In this document: piece after piece, positions 36,635-49,966 of the stretch | How the letters are laid out: every line of letters begins with the position of its first letter | How positions within the stretch are numbered: position 1 is the stretch's first letter | Assembly: GCA_010405405.1 (NCBI GenBank) | Contig: MU004245.1 | Location: 189,256 to 253,255, forward strand | DNA: 64,000 nucleotides | From: Microthyrium microscopicum | Taxonomy: Eukaryota | Direction: 5' to 3' | Made by a program: the position numbers and the translations under genes | Notes under the pieces: model-generated | Databases searched by the model: none | Told to the model about the DNA's origin: nothing | The model's input: the letters and a program-made list of their open reading frames with translations, nothing else

Positions 36635-37145
36635 GTTATATCATGATCGGGAAACTAGCCAATAAACCAGCAACAACGTATCTTGAAGGTTGAATAGGCG
36701 GATGGTTGAACAAGTGTTCAGTCAAGGCAACTTAAAGTGCATGCATGAAATGGGCATGGATGGAGTTCCACGAGGTGGCTTGCGTGTAAGCTATGTGTGG
36801 CGTCTTTAGCCAATGAACGACTGATTAGACCGGCCGTCCTTGGGCCTCAATAAGCGAGCTGTGGAAACTTGAGAGGGGAAAATGCTCGCGAGAACTACGA
36901 TTTCCATCAAGTACGACGTGCTCTTATCGTGTACCAGATTACCCATTACAATATCCGTAGGTTTTACAAGTGCGATGGGATTTACAGCCTCTGTTATTTA
37001 TCAAGTGCGGTGGTGACCATCGTAGACGTTGGGAGTAGCGACCTAAACACGTCGCTTATTTTGACGCCAGAAAGCGATGTGGTCAAGAGCCATTTGTGGC
37101 GTTCGGTGTTGCTGCATCCTCGACTTTTGATACTTTAGATTCCAT

Positions 37146-38995
37146 ATGATGCAGCCATCGATGCAGGAGCCATCGGATCTGGATGAAAGTCCTCCTCCAT
37201 TGCCTCCCCGGCCAAAGAAACTGCCTCCAGTTGGATCGATATCAGGCATAGGATTACCCACGAGAGCCACGACCGCCGTGTCTGTTACTGATTTTCAAAC
37301 GCCCGCGCAAGGGAATGCCATCAGAAATTCCAATACAGGTTCGGAGTCCATCGCTCCAGCCAATGAGCTTGACGAGTCTATGAGTGTTAGAAGCACCGTT
37401 GTCACAGTTGAGCCTGCCATGGACGCCGAGAGTTTGCTAGGAGAAGTCCTTGAGAAAGATACTCTCGCTTGGAGAACTTTGGGACCAATGCCTGCTGAGG
37501 AAGACATCGAAATATTTCCTTCTGATGCGGAATTTGATGACAACTTTGACCGCGAATTCGATGAGCTGGATGACATGACCTCAGACGGGCTCAACGAACA
37601 AGCCGTCGTAGACCAATGGAAATCAAAGCTGAAGCAATATTTCATCCTGTCCCGCGCAGGCAAACCGGTCTGGAGTCGACATGGCAACGACCAGCTTGTC
37701 ACGAGTTATATCGGCGTCATATTGACTCTCATTTCCTTCTATGAGGATGTATCTGATTCCCTACGAGGCTTTACTTCTGGATCGACTCGATTTGTGGTTC
37801 TCACAAAAGGCCAACTCTATCTTGTTGCAACCAGCTCTCTTGGGGAAAGCGATCAGCAATTGCGAGGACAACTCGAAGCACTGTATATGCAGATCCTTTC
37901 AACATTAACACTTCCGGTGATGGAGAGAATGTTTAAAGTTCGAGCTTCTACAGATTTACGAAGACCACTTCAAGGTACAGAAAAGCTACTTTCAGCATTG
38001 GCAGACGGATTCACAAGAGGCTCACCGTCGACTCTATTGAATGCGCTCGAGTGCCTCAAGATGAGAAAATCCCATCGCCAATTGATCAATAACGCATTTC
38101 TGAAGACTAAGTCTGATCAGTTGCTTTATGGACTGATCGTAGCCGGAGGCCGCCTTGTCAGTGTCGTTAGGCCGAGGAAACATTCACTTCATCCTGGAGA
38201 CTTACATTTGATTTTCAACATGTTGTATGAAGCTGGAGGAATCAAAGCTGGAGAAGGTGAAAATTGGATCCCTCTTTGCCTTCCTGGCTTCAACAACACT
38301 GGCTACGTGTACATGTACGTAAGCTTTTTGTCACTGGATCCAGCTGCTGAACAAGCAAGACAACGACTCGCTCCCATGGAAAATTTGGAAGAGGTTGCGG
38401 TCATCCTCATCAGCGCTACTAAAGAATCATTTTTTGACATGCAGCAAATGAAAACGGACTTGGTCGAGGTAATTATCTGAAGTCTATATTTTGCTTACGA
38501 GACAGAGACTGACGAGGGCGTAGCATATGAGCAAGAATGGCAGCTACAATATTTTGAAGAATTGCGTCAAAAGAAGGAGACTTAGCTGCTCGGATATAGT
38601 CCCTGGCTCACCCCTCAAGCACTTTCTCTACAAATCTAAAACTAATGTTCAGTTCGCCATGCCATCATTTGATCCTCTCTTCGCAGATGAAATCTCGAAG
38701 CGCAGGTAAGTTGCATAGAGCCATTCATGAATACCATTCTGATTACTACAGACTTCTTACATTGTATTCTCAACTTCAAGCGTCCATACACTCACGACCA
38801 GCACCACCAAAAGTGCACCACACCTCGTCCTCAACATATACAGCTCTCGCCTGGAATACGCAACTCTTTGAGCTATATGCCATCGCTCCAGCCAACACCT
38901 CCCGAATAGAACTTTCTCAAGCAGCAAACAAAGTAGTACAGTACATTCGACGAGAAGAAGAAAGAGTCTTCATCATCGGTGGTGCGGTATTTTGA
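37146..38995 (+). CDS. MON1: Vacuolar fusion protein Mon1 (Mon1-Ccz1 GEF subunit)
   Basis: FILSRAGKPVWSRHG, LYMQILSTLT, STDLRRPL, HSLHPGDLHLIFN, WIPLCLPGFN, C-terminal EEERVFIIGGAVF. Introns about 38469-38523 and 38706-38751. Confidence 0.93.
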
Positions 38996-39010
38996 AACAC
39001 TTATACCCTC

Positions 39011-40006
39011 CTACCAGCCATGTTGCTCCTGCAAATTTCTTGCGTCAGATTTGACTGCACCTCTCACCGGGCCTTCGGTCCTCTTTTTCCCTGTATCTGA
39101 GCCCAAAAATGGCAAGATCTTGGGGCTCCGCCTACGGAACATCTCAGGAAAGCCAAACCTTTTGGTCGGGCTTACTGGTGCCGATTCAGTCTCCTCAGTG
39201 GGATCAGCTTCTGCCAACTTCTCCGAACTAACAAACAAATTGAAGCGTTTTCGAGGCTGCGGATATCCAGGGTGTGGTGGAAGCTCAAAAGTCACATGTG
39301 GCTCGCTATTTGCTCGACCTCTTGTCTCTACTTTAGAGAACTTCCTGCCGATTCGGTGCAGGAGACTCCCGCCGCTTCCAAGGCGTGCGCTTTGTTGCGG
39401 CGCTTGGTCAAAGGTGCAAACGGGCCCGACATATTGGTGCATGTGGTGGCCGTTTTCTCCGTGGTCCATGAACATCTCGGCTTCTTCACGCTTCTTTTTT
39501 GCTTGCGCTGTCTCATTTTCGACCCATTGCTTCTCATTCTCGAAGAACGAAATGTCGTAGACAGCTGGTTCCGATGGTCTGACACTTTTCCTGGCTTTCG
39601 TCTCGACTGGGGCTGATTCATCAACACTCTGGACAGAATTATGTGGAGACAGCTCAGGAACATCTCCCTCTTCAGGCTCAATATCTCGACGGCGGGCAAA
39701 GGGCATGCCACTCTTCCGGCGGCCTTTTAGAGCTTCTCTTCCCACCTCGTTTTGAGAATGCACGCTGTTCCATGAGTTTTGCCACTGAATATTAGGCCTT
39801 GTCTTGCAGGGACCATCGTATTGATCTTTTCCGACCCACGTGCTGACAGGTTGAACGGCGAGGCCGGAATGAAGTTCTTGAGCGCTGGAACGACGTCGAA
39901 CATGGCGGGAAGTTTGTCTTGGGCCGACTTCTGATGAAAGCCGCCGTAGAGGGGGAGGTGGGCATTCGAATGGAGCAAATGAGATGTTCAAAGGTGCCAG
40001 AGCCAT
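39011..40006 (-). CDS. Hypothetical disordered, basic protein
   Basis: Long intronless ORF (about 331 aa from ATG at 40006); no domain recognised. Confidence 0.55.
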   Translation of the reverse strand: MALAPLNISFAPFECPPPPLRRLSSEVGPRQTSRHVRRRSSAQELHSGLAVQPVSTWVGKDQYDGPCKTRPNIQWQNSWNSVHSQNEVGREALKGRRKSGMPFARRRDIEPEEGDVPELSPHNSVQSVDESAPVETKARKSVRPSEPAVYDISFFENEKQWVENETAQAKKKREEAEMFMDHGENGHHMHQYVGPVCTFDQAPQQSARLGSGGSLLHRIGRKFSKVETRGRANSEPHVTFELPPHPGYPQPRKRFNLFVSSEKLAEADPTEETESAPVSPTKRFGFPEMFRRRSPKILPFLGSDTGKKRTEGPVRGAVKSDARNLQEQHGW

Positions 40007-40983
40007 TGCGTGCAAGTATAAAGCTTTAGTCACCGATGAAGATTGATGTTCATAAAATGATATAGCTGTTCAGATGCAAAAATATCTCGTTCAGAAGGCT
40101 TTGATTAGAACGATATCTAAAAAGTCTAAGAGTATGGATATTGGGCTATGTCCTCCTTTGTACTGACTGATCAGTAGCTTTCAGCATAGGGAGAAGCTGA
40201 AATCTCCACAGTATCAGCAGCTGATCGCGATCCAACCAACCGACCCAAGGAACTGGAGATCTTGGAGCTTTCTTACGAAAGTAAAATGCCTTAGGCTCTT
40301 CAACTTGCAGTGAGCGGCCTAGAATCTATCTCTCGCCCAATACGTCGCCTAACTCCAGCTTGTTACATCCCATACCACTAGCCTCTTTTTAGAGCTGCAT
40401 CATCGAGACACAGAAAGCGTTGAGGAAGCTCGGGTCCTCAGGAGTCCAGATACAGATCTGTGCTCTGGCCCGTTCCGCGTCTTCAACTAGTGCTGTGTAA
40501 GCTTAGTAAAGCTGACTAGAATTCAAGGGAGCATGAAGTTCATCAAGAGACTAATAGGCTCTCATCTGAGGTAGATGATTCCAAATAGTATAAGATATAC
40601 CTATGAGCTATCGAGTCGAACGAAGACTGCATCATATCAGCAAACTTCATAGATGAACGCAATTTGGTCAAATCGGCGTTGATGAGTCTATTCAGCCCTG
40701 GGTAGTCTCAAGGGTGAATTGAGCTCACCAGGCTCTTCGAAAGGTTTGAGCCAGCAAATAGTGTACCAGGCTCCAGAGCTTGCTGTCTCGCAAGTCTAGG
40801 CCTTGTTCCTATCAATCGGGTTCTAAGTTCATGGTCTCTAAAATCTGTAATCATTACGGAATTGATTTGGATATCGTACAACAACCAGGCGTAAACAGCA
40901 AAACATATCAGACGATGCCCAAAATCCCGAATTCACCGCCTCAATTGCCTCGCGGCCCAGAGTCATGTTCCAGCTAGAAAGAA

Positions 40984-41712
40984 CTAACGTCTCCTTCTCG
41001 TCTGAGAAGCATTCATCACCTGAGAAACTGCCATCCAAAGCCATATCTCCTTGACCTGCGCCCAAACCCATCTCTTCGACTCTTCAGGAGAACTAAACCA
41101 CCCAATTGCCCAAAGAACTGCAAAAATGAGACATCCAAGTATTTGACGCACCATCTCCGAGTTTAGTTGGTACATGATGGCCAGCGTCCCGATCTCCGCA
41201 GCAATAAATTTCCAGTAATCATCGGGTTGGTAGAGATATACCCAGTGCTGGCTGTTGTTGACTCTTCCACCTTGAATGTTTGTATCGCCTAGGCCTGTTG
41301 GTATACTGATAACAAAAGGCCGTAGAATCGATGAAATATGCCATTGAAAATAGAGACCGATGACGAAAATCGGTCCACCAAGGAACATATCAAGCATGGA
41401 GCCTAGAACTTGTTAGTATGAAGTACAATAGCATCTACAATACGAGGTTTTGAATATTGTAAACCAGGAGAAATGCCAGATGTATTAGAAAACAATTTTC
41501 TATGTAATACAGCGATCGACACATGCTGGTAATGTTAAACGTTTCTGCTATCGAGAATATCGTTCAAAAGAGGAAATCTTACCCAGTTCGTACCCAAGAA
41601 AATATTGTCCTGGTGAGAATGGGCGCGCAAAGAGCCACAGACTCCCCATCAGGATAACTGCTGAGGCTCGCCGCTGAAAGAGCTCTGTGGAGGTAGTTTG
41701 AGTGCGCGTCAT
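40984..41712 (-). CDS. Hypothetical multi-pass membrane protein (about 182 aa, 2 exons)
   Basis: Exons 41712-41583 and 41402-40984 join in frame through a GTAAG...TAG intron; several hydrophobic segments. Confidence 0.55.
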
Positions 41713-42237
41713 TATTATATTGATTTGCTGCGGTATTTCCAACTGAGTAATCCAGTGATGATAAAATTCAGGAAGGATAAATAAAGGTGGAAGAAGTAGC
41801 ACGCGTGTCACGATCTCCTTTTGCTTCGCCGCTGGCTGCCTGGTCGAATCCTTCGAAAGCCACCAACAACTGTCGATCATTTAAGCTCCAGATACTAAAC
41901 CTGCGGCGAAGTAATTCTTTGATACTTATTACTACACCTTGAATTCATTCTAGTGACGATTGTCTCGATCTGGATTTTGCATATAATTATTGCTTTCCTA
42001 ACTTCGTACTATACATGTTCCCATACCAGGCCCTCTTATTATCCTTGGCCTCTTTGCGTAATGAAAAATCAAACTCTTGGGGTATTAGTTGTTGTTATAC
42101 AAGTTGAGAAGGGCCCGCTTCTCGTATCATATCTTCTGGTCCGCGCAGCCTGGCGGATGTTGACTACAGTCATGTAATCCTTATTGGAGAGTGTACTCTG
42201 AAGGCACTCTAGACTCAACTCGATCTTGCATCAGCGG

Positions 42238-44204
42238 TCACACTGCAACTGGTGATGGGACAGCAGGTGCGGGTATTGCCGCTGGCTGTGGGATAGCCGC
42301 AGATGCCGGGGGTGCAGCGGCTGCTTGAGGAGGCGGCGCAGGCGATGGAGCTACAGCAGGAGCTGGAACTACAGCAGGAGACGGAGCAACCACTGGAGAC
42401 GGAGCAACCGCTGGAGAGGGAGCAACCGCTGGAGAGGGAGCCGCCACAGGAGCAGGTTGAGCGTTTGGTGCAGCTGGTACTGGAGCAGGTTGTGCCTGAG
42501 CAAGAGGAGCAGCTGCCGGTTTTGGTGAACTCCCGATAACACCTTGTGCTTGGCCACCCTCTTGTACGGCGAGGCCTTGAGGGACAGTACTATTGTTCGG
42601 GTTGCCTTGAGCGTTGAGACACAAAAGTTCGAGTGGATCCAAGCAATTGTCGCCGTCTCCTTTATCACCTCCCCCTTTATCGCCTCCTTTGCGACCACCA
42701 CCTCTACCTTTGCCTCCTCCCTGTTGCTCATCACCGGGGGCAGGAGTATTGGCGCCAGGGAATTTGTCTACTGGAGGAGGTAGTGCTGAGGTACAGTCGA
42801 CCATCCTTTCTTTGTTGGGAACTCCCAGAACGAGCATGCGTGAGAACGTTTCTGAAAACGCCTTGTTCCATTCTCTAGTCGTCGTGTAAGTATAATATTC
42901 CTTGCAGCATCTGATAGAAGAGTGACTTACACTTGTTGTCCAACAAACGCTTTGAACGCAGGACCAGATCTTCTGTCTCTGCTAAGTGCCCTATCAGATT
43001 GAAAGACAAATACACCTTGTGGCTTTTGAAGAGTATCAGAGTAAAAGTCGACGTCCCATATGCCAGGTGTACGATCTTGTGGCGTACCCGCTTGACTTGG
43101 ATCTACAAAACGTTGTCGTGCGGTCGAATGGGCACCCACTAGGGCTGCGACATCAGGCGCGCTGAAACCCTTGTCTGCCATAAGATCAAGAATTTCTGTC
43201 GAACTTAGACTGGCATTGGATGGAAGGAGGCGTTGATCTGGAGCTGGTTGATTTGAGTCCTTTCGGCCTATACCAACTCTGACTGTTGGACCAAGTGGGC
43301 ATGTTACGGTTGCATGAGCACCAGCAAATGCGATCATCTGTATAAGAATTAGCCAAGTTCAGTATTGAAGCATTTGCAATTCAATTGGTCCAGAAAAATT
43401 GCAGTGACAGGCATCTATGGCGGGTGAATTGACAACATAAATCCTATAGTTTCCAACGACCATAGAATAGCAGTAATGAAAATGAAAACTTACATCTGCA
43501 ACACCCACTGCTCTAGCTTGAGCCAAATCCCTCAGCTTGATACCGATATCTTGTACTCCTTTGTTGGCCTGACGATCCGCCTCCTCTTGCGAGAGAACCA
43601 CCGATCCATCGCACCCACCCGTATCTCCTTGGGCACTACCCCATGTTCCGCAGTCATGAAAAGCTATTCTCACAGCAGCGCGAGCGTTGTTGTTGCACTG
43701 GCCGTCGTCTTGTGTAAACATCTCGGTGAGATCTTGAGAGATTCTGGTCCATACTTGAGGACATCTGCCGTCTTGTTGTCCTCCACCACCCTTGCGGCCT
43801 CCACCTCCACGTTCTCCACCTCCTTGTCCGCGTTCTCCGCCTCCTTGGCCGCGTTCTCCACCTCCTTGACCACGCTGTCCACCTCCGCGGCGTTTGCCAT
43901 CGGCATCGGCTTGAGCGGCGGGATCTAAACCAGCGGCAGCGGCGGGGGCAGGCACAGTAGCTCCAGGAACAGGTCCCGCGACAGCAGCAGGGGCAATCGC
44001 CGGGATAGAAGAGGCAGCAGCTGGAGCTTGTGGTGCTGAAGAAGCAGCAGCAGGAGGTGGGACCTGAGCAGGTATATTCGGTGAAGGTAAAGCCGCATTA
44101 GGAAGAGCACCAGCCGGAGGAGTAAGCATATCAGCTCGTGGCAACAAAGCCGCCCGAGAGAATGAGCCACTAGCCGCAGCCAGCAGCGCCAAAGAGAACT
44201 TCAT
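42238..44204 (-). CDS. Secreted class II (generic) heme peroxidase with Pro/Ala- and Gly-rich extensions
   Basis: Signal peptide MKFSLALLAAA; distal RIAFHDC, GGCDGS, GVAD-MIAFAG, CPLGP, GRKDS, proximal ALVGAHS, DRTPGIWDVDFY, FQSDRAL, spliced EWNKAFSETFSRMLVLG. Introns about 43338-43492 and 42875-42930. Confidence 0.9.
42340..42445 (-). repeat. Coding 18-nt tandem repeat (APSPAV/APSPVV units)
   Basis: Units such as ggagcaaccgctggagag repeated on the + strand. Confidence 0.8.
43795..43890 (-). repeat. Coding 21-nt tandem repeat (GGGERGQ units)
   Basis: ccgcgttctccgcctccttg-type units repeated 3-4 times. Confidence 0.8.
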
Positions 44205-46955
44205 TGGAGGATAGAAAGGAAGACTGGACAATTTTGAAGCCAAGAAAACACACGAGGAAGCTCCAGAGATATATTCTGTCCCTCTGCTTCATATAATTAT
44301 ACAGATCCCACATCATCGCATAGTTCAACCATGTTTCGTCGGATCTTTACTCCCCTCATCTGTACCCCTTGGCCAGAGCAACATAAGGTTAAAGCTTTGT
44401 TGCTGAATGGCAACGTGCTAGCTGATTGCACGGATGGACTTGGAGGCGCAATGATGTGTCTCGTGTCAGTGAATATTTGCAGCATGGACCGATTGGTGCC
44501 ATTCGCGAAGATGTCCGCAAGCGGTATGTGGCGGACAATGCAGTCACGATGTAGTTACGATGTTGAATTTTAGCGAATCGTATGACAGTAAAAATCTCAT
44601 ACGTGATATTTCTGGGCTTTGAATGATCTAAAAGTAGACAGTCGTGGCGTTATCTTGAAGCCAGGGATGTTGGATCTACGGCATGGTTCAACAGATATTC
44701 CACTAGCCTTGTTGACTGAGAGTATAATCAGTCAATGACCAGTCGGAGGTATAAAAAAGCTACTGCTCTCTATAGTTTTTACCCATATAGGTAGTCGTTG
44801 AGTTTGACACCACTTATCTCGAGGTTCTTACAGCTTTTGACGAGCCAGAATGGGTAGAAGTTGGTAGATTTCATATGACAGGCTCCTCACTGCAATGTTA
44901 CTGGTGGTTGGGTAAGTTATCGATGTCCTCATTATTGTTTCAATGTTCTGTGACACCAAGACCACAATGTCCAAGCACTGACAGAGAGTTCGTTGAAAAG
45001 CGGAGTGACCACCTATAAAACCCTATATCTTGGCCGCACGGCAATCCGCGATCCGGGCGACTGGTATTGTAGAGCATGATCATCGGCTGGAGACTTTTTT
45101 AGACTCATCGAACGGACCTTCTAGAAGACCATTTTTGTTTCCCAGTCGTCTCATCTTGGCGTTTTGTAATGAAACAGTCGAACAAGATTGGTACTTTGGA
45201 GAAGGTCGAACTTAAGTCTGCCATCGCAATGTGCAGTACTCCAACAAGAAATCAATGCTAGGGCAATTTGCCACATAGAATGTGATATTTTGTCGTTGAA
45301 AGCATTGAGTTCTCCTCAACACGTTGATATGTTTGATATGATACTGAGACGCAGCCGCTTTGCGGTGTCGCTATCGAACTCAATATTGCTGTTGGTAGGT
45401 ATATTTGCTGTCAATTCATAGTGCTCAGGCATATCGACCATTTTATTGAGATATTTTGAAATATGGAAGCAGTAACGGCAAAACTTTGCGCGAGCTTTTC
45501 TGGAGTCAGCGTTTATACCAGAAGGGGTTATAGATTGTAAGCTGTTTTGGGTTTGGTTTCGACTTTTAAACTTGTTCTCTTATTCAAGACAGTCTATAGT
45601 CCACGATATGGGTCTATTGGCTTGATTCGTTTCCTATAGCAGCGCTTGTTAATCCATTACTTTTCGAGTATTATCTCTAACCATGTGAACATGCGATTCT
45701 TGATCACAAGTGGCAAACTTCTAGTCCAAGAGGTTTTTCGGTGGCCAAGAGCCGGACGAGAGGACCTGTGCTGTGTCAGGACTTGATGACAATGATACAC
45801 TATGGTGTAAAGGGGCTGCTGTTACGTGCGAAATCAGCTTCCATCCACGAAGATGCGAACCTACTCTTGTCCAACGACATTACGATGTCGAACAATGTCC
45901 CGTTCCATGCATGACCAACTGCTCACGATGCCATGTAAAAGATACTGGAAGTATGATTTTCAACATAAACCAGAAACGTACGTAGGTATAGTAGCGCATT
46001 GAACAGGAGCCGGAAACGCACTTTGCGCGATTGTACATTATCATTTGCGACGAAATGAATTCCTACGGAGTAGGGTGAGAACTCATCACAAAATAAGTTG
46101 ATAACGAAAGGCTCGCGGCACATTCGGCGGAGGAGATGTGGTTGCTTTCAAATGGAGCCTCATAGATGAACCGATCACGATTGATCTACAAACCCCATGA
46201 TTGGCAAGCTGATCAATCCACACGTACCTTAAAGCTGCACAGTCACAGCAAACCCCTGGACATCAACTCAATCAGTAATCGGCATCGTCCGGTGGTCGGG
46301 CATCTCGGCCTACTATCGCAAATTCGCTATCTTTCGGAGTGATTACAGCGCGCATATGTATGGCGCAGTTGAAAGCACATATTGGTGCCTAGAATCATCC
46401 GTAACTTGACTGATAAGTCCTTTATCATCGACAATTGCTGAGCGCGAAACCGCCGTCGGGCTTAACGTTAAGTACAGAGAAGCAATTCGGTCGGCTCCGA
46501 GCCCTGTAAGAGGCGAAGATGCCTGCCGTTGCTGCCGACGTTTGCGCAAACGGCCAGGATTTCAGCGGGTCCAGCACCTGTCATCCTTGCATTTCCATGG
46601 CGCGCTTCGTGTTCAAGGTCATGATTGGCAACAGGATGGGAATGGTGCAGCGGTCTTAAAGTCTTTTCATCCGATGGCCGATGCTTAGTTCCGGCGGACG
46701 GGCCGGGGTTGTCGGCTTGTATAGGATTTGATTGGTTTGATTTCTCATCTTCTTGAACAAGTCGATTGCGAATGCCTGCCTGGTGAAGATAGTGGAGGTA
46801 GAGACTTCGCGGACTGGCGACTATATATATTAGTGGTGCCGTGGAGTTGAAGACATTCTATTTCATCATACCAGACTTCAATCGGATATTCACTCAACAC
46901 CAACAAGCATCAGATATTCATCTACATATTCTTCAATCGAATTCAACAAAACTCA

Positions 46956-47168
46956 ATGACCATGTCTTCTCAAATCATCTACATTCCAAACCTAATTGGC
47001 GGTCAAGCCCTCCAAATCACATCCTTTGAGGATAGCTACTCCATTTCAACAGAGTCCCTTTCTTCTCGAGGACTCGCACTTCAGCCCGTCAATATGCAAC
47101 GAGCTGGCAGTACTTCTTCATCCTCATCATCGGGACCATCAAGCTACATTCCCGAAGATGCGTTCTGA
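46956..47168 (+). CDS. Candidate small Ser-rich protein (70 aa)
   Basis: TATATATAT at about 46822, CA-rich leader, good ATG context (actcaATG; accATG); only TATA-associated ORF in a 4-kb gene-free region. Confidence 0.4.
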   Translation: MTMSSQIIYIPNLIGGQALQITSFEDSYSISTESLSSRGLALQPVNMQRAGSTSSSSSSGPSSYIPEDAF

Positions 47169-48393
47169 GCACACTGAGAACTCTTGCGCTGATGAGCCAA
47201 GAATTTCCAACAACACCATACCGATACATTTTCATATACGGAAAGGACGAGAAGGATGTCCACTCGGGATCAAAGAAGAGCCTGTGACAGCTCGATGAGC
47301 TGACCAGCTACACCCAACCACGTTATGGCGCAACTGGTACAAGGGGTCCAACCATGAATACGTTGTTGAAGCGACGCAAAAAGCATGAGAAGAAAGTTCC
47401 TTGCGAAGGCGAGACCATCCAGATATTGTAGCTGGCAGAGGTTGGGAGGGTGATGAGTTGGACCGGACGGTTTAGCGGCAGACTACAAGTTCTTTAATAG
47501 AAATCAAAGAAATAATTGGATCAAGTTTGGTTGTCATGGTTCCTAGATTTTGATGTGCTTCCGTGATACAGGGCTCCCCTGAGCAATATATGTTTTTTTG
47601 AGTGACATTTGGCTAAGCAGGAACAGGCGAGTTGCGAGGCTGGTCGAGGGTTTGTTCCTGGATGATGGTTAGATGCAGCGCCGATGGGCTGCTGCAGGGG
47701 AACAAGATCGAATGATGTGCCTTGGTGAGTGACGTGTCGCGACAGGTCCACATATGTAGAACAAGTAAATCCTAGAGAGAGATGGATTTCCAAGAAATTC
47801 AGTTGGGGCGACACGAGCTTAAAAGTCGCAAGGCTGGAAGGGCTGGGCATTGGGCAGTGACGAACCGGAGAAAATACAAATAGTCTATTTTCACAAGCGA
47901 ATTTCCATTGGCTGCAGCCAAGCCGCCGCGTTGTTCTGTACCTCTCAAAACCCCTGATTTTGCGGGCGCTAGTCCAAATAGAGCTAGTGTACCTAGTAAC
48001 CACTAGCAACTTGAGTGTTTACAGGATGTCTAGAGAGAAGGCTGACAGATTTCCAACCACCACCAACCTTCTGATATTCTCATCCAGCCAATTCATCCAC
48101 CCTCTAGGCACACTATACTGTAGGAAAAGATACTCTTCCCAACGCTAAGCTCTTCCCTTTCCATTTCTCTTCCATTCTCCATACACCATTTGAAAGTATA
48201 TTCTAACCAGAGTGAGAGCGCAGACATAGACGTGCCTATTCATCGTCAATACCGTTCTCATTCCGCACCGTACTTTCGTCAAATTCCATCGCTTGACATT
48301 CCTCAACCTCTCAATCTCCGGGCCCTTCGGGAGCCGCTGGAGACTTTCGACAATCCCATTGTTCTCTAAACACATTCCTCACACACATTCAAG

Positions 48394-49378
48394 ATGGCGA
48401 ACACACGGTTTGCCATTGGCATACAGAGTACGTTTCTCGGTCCAGCCGATCAAGGGATCTTGAACAAAGAACTGACAGGAATCTAGAATTACTCCCATTC
48501 TTCGGATACCACCACTTTCTCATGCTCTTCGTTTGCGTAGCCATCATCCTTCTATGTACGTTCACGCCTCATTCACTGGTACCACGACATAAACTAACAC
48601 AGCACAGCATTACTTCTCGCCGGCTGCTCATCGAGTTCGCCTCTAATACCTGGGATCTTCCTACTATCGCTATACTACAAGGGCTGGGTACCCACGTACG
48701 ATCCTTCGCAAGACAATCCCGCCGTAGTCCAACAAGTAAAAGCAATCGTCGGCCAAGCAAAACTCGAAGTTCGCGTAGGCTATTTCGGCATATGCGCTTC
48801 CAACGGCGGCGACTGGCTCTGTAGTAATAATGCTACGGCACTGGCAAACAGCTACCAACCAACCGATGATCCACTCAACCTCATCTGGGTAGCCAAAACC
48901 TTCAAGGACAACATCGTATTCCCCTACCTCATGTAAGAGCCTCCCAACCACCATCCACCCACTTCCGTCTCAGTATATCCTAACAAATCTTTGTAGAATT
49001 GTTGCCATCATCCTCGCATTCGTATGCTTCATCCTCCTCGCAACATTCCCCGGCTGGCACACGGACGAAGACGAAATTACTGGTTCCGAAATCGACGTGA
49101 AACCCTTCCCCTCACGACCAGTCTGCCAAGTCGCCCTCGCCCTAATCTTCATCTCCGCCGTCTTCGTACTCGTCTCCGTCCTCTGGCAGCACACGGCCTC
49201 CGTCGCAGCCGCCTCGATCACCGAAGACTTTGGCAATGGCAGTGTGCACAGTGGTGTCGGGACTAGTGCCATGGTGTTGGGCTGGTTTGGCTTTGTGCTG
49301 TTCATTATAGTGACGATAGGATTGCTCTTTATTTTGCTAAGTATGAGCATTCTTGACCGCTTGACGGGCAGCACATAG
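48394..49378 (+). CDS. FIG1: Fig1-family Ca2+ influx / membrane-fusion protein (claudin-like)
   Basis: Spliced product contains LLLAGCSSSSP, LEVRVGYFGIC, DDPLNLIWVA..FKDNIVFPYL, LATFPGWH, VKPFPSRPV, LWQHTASVAA. Three short introns. Confidence 0.85.
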
Positions 49379-49966
49379 ACAGTGGAAGTGGGTTGAGAGA
49401 GTTGTTGTGCTAAAGATTTGAAGTGTCGTTGGCGGTCCGCGATGCGTTGAGTGCCGTTGGCTCGCTTGAGTCCGGACAGACGTAGAATCTCGACATCGGA
49501 AGCCGGTCGATCGGGAGATTCAGACGATGGCGGTGACATCGAGGTATTCGACGAGGCCACACGTCGTATGCATCGCCCGAAGAAGCGCATCGGTTTATAT
49601 TCTTGCCTTGTTTATGTATTCCTACTCTTACTACCCCGGATCCAGTATACAGGCTGTTTTCCCAAGGCATTGTTGCGGCGTTTTTGAAACTTGGAAACTA
49701 TGGGACCCTTAGAAGCATTCAGATTGGACATGGACATGAAAATATTGCAAGAGACGGAAAGTACAGTCACCAATTACTGTTGATGATGAGATGATGGGAA
49801 ATGGGTATCATTGAAGTCATGTCCGGCATGTATATAGCAAGCCATTCACGTGGCAAAGTCTACGTCAAAATAACAAATTATCAAATTGTCAAAAACTCTG
49901 TCTTGAGATTGTGAAATTACCAATAGATCATGCAAGCTATGCTATGCTACGAAAATAGAACCGTTA

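Noticed and set aside
42303..42539. Repetitive ELQQE/EQPLE ORF on the + strand
   Set aside because: Antisense read of the peroxidase Pro/Ala repeat.
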